In this document: piece by piece, positions 54,894 through 64,000 of the stretch | Numbering within the stretch: the stretch's first letter is position 1 | Layout of the letters: every line of letters starts with the position of its first letter | DNA from: Antedon mediterranea | Lineage: Eukaryota; Animalia; Echinodermata | NCBI RefSeq assembly: GCF_964355755.1 | Contig: NC_092677.1 | Location: forward strand, 24,787,175 to 24,851,174 | Reading direction: 5' to 3' | DNA: 64,000 bases | Notes under the pieces: generated by a model | The model's input: the letters and a program-made list of their open reading frames with translations, nothing else | Databases searched by the model: none | Told to the model about the DNA's origin: nothing | Translations under genes and position numbers: made by a program

Positions 54894-55002
54894 TGATTTG
54901 ACCAATCACAAGCGATGGATTATTCGAACTGTCGCTTGTCATTGGTCAACATGCTTGCGTTGCGTTTAGGTCCTTGCGTTGCGTCCTAGTGGGAACCAAG
55001 CT
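54894..55002. mobile_element. Fragment of Harbinger-like MITE (tagtgggaaccaagct end)
   Basis: Shares tgatttgaccaatcacaagcgatggatt with 59726-59793 and its terminus with 55868-56078. Confidence 0.7.
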
Positions 55003-55101
55003 TAAGGAAGAAATAGTGTTATCCATGGGAAAGAATGCTGCCGTAAATAACTTATTTATATACCTGGATGATCAATACTGTACTGTAAATGAGTTATTTT
55101 C

Positions 55102-55309
55102 AACGAACAATTATGCAAAGGACGAATATTGAAATCTTTTGTGAGACTGTGTTCCGTTTACACGATGTAATTCATTCATGTAAATAGCAACTGTACTGTA
55201 CTACTGTATTTAAATTAGTTATTATCAACGACGAACGAAAAATATGCAAAGGACGAATCTGATAGAAATCTTCTGTGAAACTGTGTCCCGTTTACACGAT
55301 GTAATTCAT
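55102..55309. repeat. ~75-bp direct duplication
   Basis: tatgcaaaggacgaat...gaaatctt.tgtga.actgtgt.ccgtttacacgatgtaattcat occurs twice. Confidence 0.85.
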
Positions 55310-55867
55310 AACATACGTAGTTAATAATAAGCATCAAAGAACAAGAAAAGTAGGTCTACATTAGGCCTATTTTACTTACAATATTTTCTCTTCAAAAAAT
55401 CCAAAACTTCAATGTTCACAACAAACCACGTTCTGCAAACAGAGAGCGGCTGATACGTGTTCTTTTAAATCAAGTTATATCCCTCATGATATGCAAAGCA
55501 GTACAGATATGAAGAAAATACCGCGTGTCACCACCACCGATGAGTCCGTAGCCGTAAGGGGTTCGAGGGCCTTGAAAGAACCTTCTTTTTCTTGTAGTAG
55601 GCCTACCCCTTCCAAACTTAGACCAGTAGTCGAAGTTATGATGAAAAAAAGGCTTACCTAGCCTAGTTCCTGGCGATTATTTCTCCACTTTTTTTAAAAA
55701 AAGAACCCCCGGTATAAAAAATCATGGCAACGGCTTGGTATTATTCCTATGAATGGCATGAACTCTGGGCCGCAATTGAGACAGCATGCCAGCCACTACA
55801 GTATACTAAGTACGCTATGATGCCAGCATATTGAGTTAGATATTAAAGGCTTTATTATGAAGTGTAA

Positions 55868-56078
55868 AGGGTGGTTCCCACTAGCACGCAACGCAGCGAC
55901 GCATTGACGCAAAGTGATGTATTGCGTAATCACAAGTCACAAATCACAAGAACCGACGAAACCACAGTGCTGCAAACAGGTTTGATTTCACGCAGACGGG
56001 AAAAACAACATCATTGAAAGGGCATTTTCTTACGTCGCGTAGGTTGCGTTACATTGCGTCGTTAGTGGGAACGAAGCT
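55868..56078. mobile_element. PIF/Harbinger-like MITE with TAA TSD
   Basis: taa|agggtggttcccactagcacgcaacgca ... tgcgtcgttagtgggaacgaagct|taa. Confidence 0.8.
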
Positions 56079-56697
56079 TAAAGTAAGAGTCAACACGTCA
56101 CGATGTCCCCTTGAAGTTGATTTATTGCAGTTGAACATAATAAGTACATTATATCTATTAGGCCTATATCTTTATATATAATATTCTATGTTTTTAATAT
56201 ATACATTGTAAACGCATCATAAAATCTAACAAATAGTTGCACCAGAATATGTTAATATTGTATACATCAGGCAAAATAAACATACATTTATCCCATGGCT
56301 ATAGTATTTAATAGAATAGTACTTTAACTACCAGCACCTTGTGTATTGTATTATGATATAACTTGTAATATTACTACCGTATTAATTTCATAACCACGAT
56401 TTATTTTGTAAAATCCATGCAAAAACAAAAGTATAACAAATAGAAATTAAACTAAGAATATATTATTCGTTACATTTCAATAATGTAAATATAAACGGTG
56501 ACGGGGTGTTTTTAACTCTTTTTTTAATTGAAAAAAAGGGTTATGTCTCGGATTCACTTTTGACCCCTTTGCATAGAATGGTTACGAGAATAAAGGGAAA
56601 TATAACAATATACAATAGCATGGTTTCATTATAAGTATTGACTTTTACGAGTTTGCGCACAATTGAAGCTGTGTCGTACAATTAAAACAACCCTTAA

Positions 56698-57254
56698 GAT
56701 CGTTCACACTGTGGCCGGATTCCCGTCCGGTGGCCGGATTCCAGTCCGGAGGCCGGATTCCAGTCCAGCGGATTCCAGTCCGGTGGCCGGATAAAAATCA
56801 TTTAAAATGGGTGTAAGTGTTAGGAATACAACCATTCACATCAACGCATTCCGGATTCCGTACGGACGTGCGAGTTTTCTCCAGCCCGGACGCATTATTT
56901 TTTTTCCTATGCAATTAAGGCAGAAATCATGAATAATTCATTACCTTAATAACGGTCTATTATAAAGAATTGCAAGATAGCTGATCTACTTTTTAAATAA
57001 TTATGTTCTTGAAAGACCGCGAACCGTGGGCTCCAGTGTAATAAGTTCAAGCCTTTACCACTAGACCAAACATTTCGGTTGGCAAACGATGTTTACACAA
57101 ATTATTTAGTCTCTCTGCATGCTTATATAGCGCCGCCCTTTATAATGTCCCATATTATGTCATAATTATTCTAATGAATTATTCATGATTTCTGCCTTAA
57201 TTGCATAGGAAAAAAAATGCAGCCCGGACCGGATCCAGGCTCAGTGTGAACAAT
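56698..57254. mobile_element. Composite inverted-repeat element (outer gttcacactg/cagtgtgaac ends, inner ~50-bp IR) just downstream of the CA stop
   Basis: Outer ends with ccggat repeats. Inner arms 56892-56943 and 57172-57220 (tttttcctatgcaattaaggcagaaatcatgaataattcatta and its reverse complement). Confidence 0.8.
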
Positions 57255-57297
57255 ATTATAGTTGTATATGGAGTGCAGGAGCAAAGACATGCTCTAT

Positions 57298-60034
57298 TTA
57301 CTTGAAACTTGCTTTTACAGTACGTCTATGTTGCGCCATTGTTGGTCGGTAGTTGTCGGACATGCATTGCTGTTCTTCTTCGTCTTTCTCTGTACTCTTA
57401 AGAGATCGGAATACGTCCATCTTTAAAAAGAACCACAACTGTTAATTGGGAGTTTGCAAGGGCGGATCAAGAATTATAGATTAGGGGGGATAAATATTTC
57501 ATAAATGACAAAAACGATTCGTTGGGTTGCAGAAAAATAAAACTAATCATTATTTTATTTTAAAAAGACATAGCTGTTAAATTTTAGAGGGTACTAAAGT
57601 CTGTTTAGCTCCCGCCTAAATTCGCACCTGGTTTGCAGAGCATGTAAACTTTAACGTTCCCATCATGCAACGAACAAGTTCCGCCAACTTTTTCGGCCTA
57701 GGTTTAAAGGACAACTTGACCGAGGACCATATTATTACATCGTATTAGGGATGTACACATGATTTCAGAACAATCGTGAGATTAAGGATATCGCCAGACG
57801 CGTTCGCCGTACAGCCGTCGCCGTAAATTGTTGTGACGCGAAATCTACTTAACGTTTCCAAATACACACCTGTTTTTGTGATATCTCAACTGGCTCCTTA
57901 AAGAGTATCCAGGTGACAGTCTCGTACAGTGGTGGAGTTGTCAGAGAGCCGTCGTATGTGTAGTAATCTTTGGTATTGGCTAAAAAAAATCCAATTGTAT
58001 CTTAATACTGTCCACATCATAACCGACTAGTTCTGTGGTTTTATTTATTCGAAACCTGAGCTGTACATTGGATGTGTTAATATTTTATGTATGTTTTTCT
58101 TAACCGTAAAAAATCCTCTAAAAAATGTGCTGATGACTTACTTGGTAGAATTTCAGACGCTTTGAATCCCTCATCATCAGGAAACTTTATATCAGCGGAT
58201 TGGCCCTAAGTACATTAGGAAATAAATTAATTAAGCGCTCAGGACCTGTGAAGTTACCAATATATTGAATTTACTGAAAGTCATTAGGCATGTACCTGTT
58301 ATGGCCAAAACTTAAGGACGATTAAAAACTGTGTAGGCCTACGGTTGTCTTGCAAACAAACACAAAATCAACGCAATTAATTTTAAAAGAATACATAGAA
58401 GTGTTTCATATATAAACATCACAGTCACAGAACATTTATATAGGCCTACACATATATAATTATATACCAAGTTCTTTGGCGTACCTTATGGAGAACCTTG
58501 TTAAGATACGGAAGAATACGATCCCAATACTTATGATGTTCGCCCACCTGAAGCATGGAAGTAAAATAATAAAGAAGATAAATTATACTATTATATTATA
58601 AGTCACATCACAGTGGCACTCGATTAGTAAATTGAATAATTAGTAAAGTTAGGTTTGCGGTACGCCTACACGACCACGTGTTTCCAAACAGAGAATATAA
58701 CGTATAACCACATGACAAAGATACACTCGTGGTATAAACAAATACAATAATAATGATAATAATAATTTATTTGAACATAAACTATTGTAACAGTGGCACA
58801 CTTCGATATGAAAGTGCGTTCAAATTTACTAAAACCACATTACAATGATAACTATAAAATGTACAATAATAATAAAATAATAAAAACCAAACAGTACCCT
58901 TATATTTACAAAACCCACCTCTCCCGCACCCTACCCAATCTACCCTCTACAAATCCCCATTTCTCTTCAATCAACATAACATTAATAACATATGAATTTA
59001 AATTAAAACAAATAGTATAGGCCTATACAGTAATAATCGAAGTTTTACACAACACATACAGTTTTAATTTAAGATCTTTTTTCCAACAATTGTTCACAAG
59101 ACTCTTACATAATTTATCCGTAAATTCACAACAAACATGGTCGTTTCCAAGGATAAACTGCAATTTTTCTGTAGTTTTTAGTCGCGCGCGTGCAACGCGA
59201 CTCTACAGCTCGCTATGTCGGGCGGTTGGTCGGTCGGTCGGTAAACACTAACTTGAGCACGCGACTGCAGCCATCTATATGGCCTTGTTTTTATTAGCAA
59301 TCAACACTTTACTTACCTTGATGAAGGTACCCAGGACGGCAATTCCGTTCTCTTTGTCGATGGCGTCACCACACGACTTGTATAAGTCAGTGTTCCAGTG
59401 AACGAAGTGAAGCTTTATTAATGGAGAACAATGAAACAATTACACATTTTTTTAAATATCATTTTTTTAAATTTTAATTTAAATGTTTTCTTCTCTCCAT
59501 TTCTGGAGGCATCTTAGAACCAATTTGAAAAGGTTACCTCAGCGGAGTACTGTTTGCCATTAACTGTGTGTTCAGATCCTATATCATCCTTGCTTCCCCA
59601 ATGGCAATGAAACTGGGCCAGTTCATATTTATGTTCGAGTGGTCCTCCAGTTATATCTAACAAATAATATGATAATACATTTGATGTTTTTAGCGATAAG
59701 AAAATTGTGTAATGGCGACGACTAAAGTTTGGTTCACGCAACGCAAGGACGTAACGCAACGTAGGTGATTTGACCAATCACAAGCGATGGATTGTAGTTG
59801 ACAATCGACGAAAAATTATATTATTATTATTATTACCGTTTTCGTCAGTTTGTGCGACGGACACCGTGAAGGTATGCCCGTTGTTGACGACGTTCTTGAT
59901 TGATTTTGGGTCATAGTCAAACTTGAGCTTGCCCAGTGATGGATTGTATTCTATTTCTGATGTCTTGATGTCAATTGGAGACTGTCTCTTGCCGTGAATT
60001 GCAATCGGGAATTCTTTGCCCCATTCTTGTGGAT
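57298..60034 (-). CDS. Cytosolic-type alpha-carbonic anhydrase (CA2/CA7-like); first coding exon not found in window
   Basis: Exons 59837-60034, 59538-59656, 59317-59412, 58485-58547, 58142-58205, 57870-57979 and 57298-57420 (TAA); GT-AG, phases consistent. Motifs RQSPIDI, NNGHT (His64), QFHCHWG (His94/96), GSEH, ELHFVHWN (His119), YDGSLTTPP (Thr199), DNYRP, KASF. Confidence 0.95.
59175..59292 (+). mobile_element. Non-autonomous Helentron-like (HINE/DINE-1 type) element in a CA intron
   Basis: T-run + agtcgcg..cgcgact 5' palindrome, (ggtc)n microsatellite, 3' subTIR cacgcgact and a short gcca..tggc stem, ending in TT. Confidence 0.7.
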
Positions 60035-60341
60035 CTAAAACTGCAGTTACATGAAAAAAATAATATGAAAACCTGTCCTCCACAATACATCAACCGGCTG
60101 TATGTATAGTCGAGGGTGTAGGCTAAACCAAATTCATTTCACTCGACTCTTGGTCCACACTATTGACAACTCATTGAATTTACCAGTCTCCCCATACCTG
60201 TGACACAAACGCAATGTATTATTTTAACTAAAATTTGTATCGACCGGCTTGTCAGGAAAAAAGTCATGACAATTTACATTGCGCTTGAGTTTGGTTTGTC
60301 AATTATGTTTTTCGTAGCGAAGAAATCGAAATGTAATGGAC

Positions 60342-60493
60342 GACGTATCCGTTTTCGTTATCGTATTCGTAGTTGCGAAAACGGATACGTCACACATTTG
60401 TGAAACTTTTGAGCTGATCCACATTTCATATTCGTAAAGCGTATTCGTGTTGACGAATATCACCAGTCATATTCGTACCTACAACACGAGTAT
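60342..60493. repeat. Short inverted repeats (MITE remnant)
   Basis: Perfect 16-bp IR gacgtatccgttttcg / cgaaaacggatacgtc (60342-60391). Second IR tcgtgttg / caacacga. Confidence 0.6.
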
Positions 60494-60558
60494 AGTTTTT
60501 GATCTATTTTACACATTTTGCATTTGATTCATGATTATAATTTATAATTATAGATTTA

Positions 60559-62568
60559 TTGAAAGTAATTGAAAAGAAATGGAGAATCTCTCATCTGGAA
60601 ATAGATCGTCAAGCTTACATTGCACAGAAGAGGAATGTAAATTCCATGGTAAGAAAGGCAAAGGCCAACTACTACATTGGCTTGTGTGAAGAACATGCAG
60701 CAGATCAGAAAGGACTTTTTAAAATTGTTAACCAACTCCTTCATCATCGCCAGGTATCACCTCTCCCAGATAGTCTTTCTGACTTAGATCTTGCGAACAG
60801 GTTCTGTCAGTTTTTCACAGACAAGATCAAGATCATCAGAGACGACTTCAAGATTGATGACATGTCATTTAATGAGCCTGTGACAGCTGTTCATCATCAG
60901 CATCTCACAACATTTACACCAGCATCTCAAGATGAGATCCGCAACATTCTGATGAAATCACCAACAAAATCATGCAGGTTAGATCCAGTTCCTACTTCTA
61001 TACTGAAGAAGTGTATAGACGCAGTCGTTCCAATAATAACGGAAATCATTAACCATTCTCTTAATACCGGCATAGTGCCAGATGAACTGAAAATTGCTCA
61101 CGTTCGTCCTTTAATAAAAAAGCAAAACTTGGATCATAACACGCTGAAAAATTACCGCCCGGTGTCGAATCTTTCTTTTCTTGGAAAGACTCTGGAGCGT
61201 GTAGTGACATCATGCATTACTCCATATCTTCAAAAGCATAATTTAAATGAGAATTACCAGTCGGCATATCGTGCATGTCATAGCACGGAGAGTTCCCTTT
61301 TAAAGGTACAGAATGATTTGTTACAAGGAATGAATGATGGGAAAATAACGCTATTGGTGTTGTTGGATTTGTCAGCAGCGTTTGATACAGTTGATCACCA
61401 AAGACTGATAACCCGTCTGAGAAATCGCATTGGCATAAATGGTGTTGCTCTTAACTGGTTCCAGTCATATCTTACAGGAAGACGTCAGCTAGTCTGTATC
61501 AATGATGCATTCTCAGATGAAGCTTGCCTGGAATATGGTGTACCACAGGGGTCAGTAATTGGGCCTGGCCAGTTTTCCATTTATACGCTTCCCCTTGGTG
61601 ACATTATTCGCAAACACAGTCTACATTTCCATTTCTATGCAGATGATACACAGATTTATGTGTCAGTAAATCCAGTGCAAAGGGATGTTGCTGCAGCAAT
61701 CAGTAAGATGGAAGCCTGTATAGAAGATGTTCGCAATTGGATGACAACAAATTACCTAAAGTTGAATGATGGAAAGACAGAGTTTATTATCGTCGGGTCT
61801 AAATGTAACATCTCCAAAATCAACATCACACATATCAGAATCGGAAACTCTAACATCGCTCCCTCATCGGTGGTCCGGAATCTGGGAATCATGCTGGATA
61901 GTAATCTCACTATGGAAGCACAAATAACAACTGTATCCAAAGCAGCATGCATATCGATTAGGAACCTTGGTCGTATTCGCGGTAATCTTAACAAGAAAAC
62001 AGCTGAATTGATTGTACTCATTTGTCACTTCTAAAATTGACATTGGTAATGCCTTGTTGTTTGGCATACCAAAATCTCAAATACAACGTTTGCAGCGCTT
62101 GCAAAATATGGCAGCTAGAATTGTAACTTATACAAAATCAAACGCTCACATAACTCCTGTCCTGATGGATTTGCATTGGTTGCCTGTTCAACAACGTATT
62201 AAGTACAAACTTGCGTTGTTTGTATTCAAGATCCTAAATGACAGTGCTCCTGCTTATTTATCTGACCTTGTGGATCGTTACGAATCATCCCGCAGAGGCC
62301 TACGATCATTGTCACAAAACCTTCTTCAAGAGCGTAGAGCGAAAAATCAGTGGGGTCAGAGATCTTTTTACGTTGCGGCCGCAAGTGTATGGAACAGCTT
62401 ACCAGCAACAGTTAAATGCTCAACTAGTCTAAACAGTTTCAAGACCAACCTAAAGACGTCGCTATTCGCTGATGTTCTCGCACGTTGTTAATGCACAAAG
62501 CGCCATGAGCGCCACATGGGTGGAGGATACCGGCGCTATATAAGTTTTCATTTATTATTATTATTATT
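60559..62568 (+). mobile_element. 5'-truncated L2/CR1-group non-LTR retrotransposon (reverse transcriptase ORF2 remnant, one frameshift)
   Basis: ORFs 60559-62034 and 62012-62491: NYRPVSNL, QSAYR, LLDLSAAFDTVDH, GVPQGSVIGP, YADDTQIY, LKLNDGKTE, HITPVLMDLHWLPV, WNSLP. Frameshift near 62017; short 3' UTR and (TTA)n tail; endonuclease domain absent. Confidence 0.95.
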
Positions 62569-62994
62569 AATTTACTAAAAGTAATTTACTAAAATGTCGA
62601 TGTATTATAAATATTTGACGAAGTTCTCGTAACCCTGAAACCTGTTAAACCTACTGATGGTTTCTTGTACCGACGTTCTCGTAGCCCTACTTCAAACTAT
62701 AATGATTGGTGGAAGTTTGCACATTGTGAACCCAATTCTTTCTAGGTTACATAATTTCCACCTTTGTACTGTATACAAACCAACATTATTCTACCTTTAA
62801 CATACAATCAACAACTTGACGAGACTACAGTAAACAGATTGTGATCACTTCCTTTCATCAACTACTAAATCGTGTTCAGTGATTTATGCTATTTCTATAG
62901 AAATGTCTTTATATTACCACATTAAGCGCTTGTTCAGTTGCAACGGGAATTAAATACCGCGTTCATGAAGGGTTTTAGGGGTAGGGGGGGGGTC

Positions 62995-63332
62995 GAGATT
63001 GGGCGGCGTTTATTCGGGGGAGGCGTTAATTTTTTTGGGTGTAGGCCTAATATGGTAACATAATAATCAAATAAATACCCCATAGATATGACAAAATACA
63101 ACACAATTAATATCGAGAAGTGAGATCATGCATATCAATCAATGAATTCTACTACAATAGAATTGTGTATATATGCATGTGGCGGGGCATTTATTTGAGG
63201 AAATAAAGGTCCCGTGCGTTTATTCAAGCGGGTGGGGGAGGGGGAGTTATTCAAAATGATGTTCTATGGGGAGGGGGGAGTTTATTGGGGTGGAGTTTAT
63301 CCAAAGCGGGGCGTTTATTCGAATAAATACGG
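62995..63332. mobile_element. Degenerate Tc2/pogo-type MITE fragments (CCGTATTT terminus)
   Basis: Repeated gcgtttattc/ggggg modules ending ggcgtttattcgaataaatacgg. Confidence 0.55.
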
Positions 63333-63812
63333 AAGGCCTATAAATAATTAAATGTATAAATTGATAATTGAATATCATGCAATTATACCAATAACACTGT
63401 GTTGGTGCAATTTGTCTGTGTTATTTTACTGTTTTATCTATAAATGTAATATGATATGCCAGTTTTCAAACCAAATTTCTGTTAATTTTTAAATGCTACA
63501 AATAAAGATACTATGACTACCGTATATTATGACTAAAATAATACTAAATAGTATTAAACATAATCTTATTATAATCTAAAATTAGCCATAGCAATCTGTC
63601 CATTTACCTGGGCCTAAATAAATCAACGAGTTCGCGTCGACTCAAATCCTGCAGGTACCTGCAAATCACTTTAAATTGTAGAAGTAGAATGATTTTCTTG
63701 TGGGTTATCATTACATTTACAAATACATATGAATATGATTATTTGTGGCCTACTGACTCATCATTATAGGATAAGTCAAAATGAAGAGTCTTAAGTTATA
63801 CATAATATCAAT

Positions 63813-63945
63813 AAAGCTTACGTGCGCACAACATATATTCGTTCTGAAAAGAACTGTTGGGTTTTCGACGTTTCAAATCAAAGCATATTTATGGAACAGT
63901 CTTTTCAAAACTAATATACGTGGTGTACCGGAAACTGTATACTGT
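63813..63945. mobile_element. MITE copy related to 19951-20117
   Basis: tatattcgttctgaaaagaactgtt ... cttttcaaaactaatatacgtggtgtaccg with a ~30-bp spacer. Confidence 0.7.
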
Positions 63946-63970
63946 ATCAACATTTGATTTATCAATAAAT

Positions 63971-64000
63971 GTGCACTTTAAAGAACCTATAGTACATCTT
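63971..64000 (+). mobile_element. Start of a 5'-truncated copy of the SINE at 1606-1897
   Basis: gtgcactttaaagaaccta(ta)gtacatctt matches the reverse complement of 1712-1739. Confidence 0.65.

Noticed and set aside
61752-62432. Antisense and alternate-frame ORFs over the LINE
   Set aside because: Shadow ORFs of the RT coding sequence.
63075-63086. Candidate CA exon 1 (minus strand TGGGGT)
   Set aside because: Reads W-G-I rather than WGY, lies amid MITE debris, and lacks a suitable donor.

Overview
AT-rich eukaryotic (marine invertebrate, plausibly echinoderm; inferred from the repeat spectrum and gene types) genomic DNA with GT-AG introns. I found no recognisable coding exon in the first ~47 kb, which holds MITEs, a tRNA-derived SINE, minisatellites, local duplications and possible cis-regulatory patches. 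The last ~17 kb holds three spliced genes reconstructed by hand. These are a complete 7-exon AKR1-type aldo-keto reductase (minus, 333 aa), a divergent type I membrane protein with three SRCR domains (plus, 448 aa with an 18-nt microexon), and a convergent cytosolic alpha-carbonic anhydrase (minus, first coding exon not found). A young 5'-truncated L2/CR1-group LINE lies upstream of the CA exons. Four observations stand out: (i) one 23-bp minisatellite fills the two introns flanking AKR exons 5-6 in opposite orientations, a circRNA/exon-skipping architecture; (ii) comparing repeat copies reveals pervasive TA-flanked transposon excision footprints, including TAGGCCTA; (iii) palindromic bZIP/bHLH sites cluster tightly between the head-to-head AKR and SRCR genes; (iv) a degenerate Penelope-type hammerhead ribozyme. 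I cannot claim a new biological system. All coordinates were read by eye.
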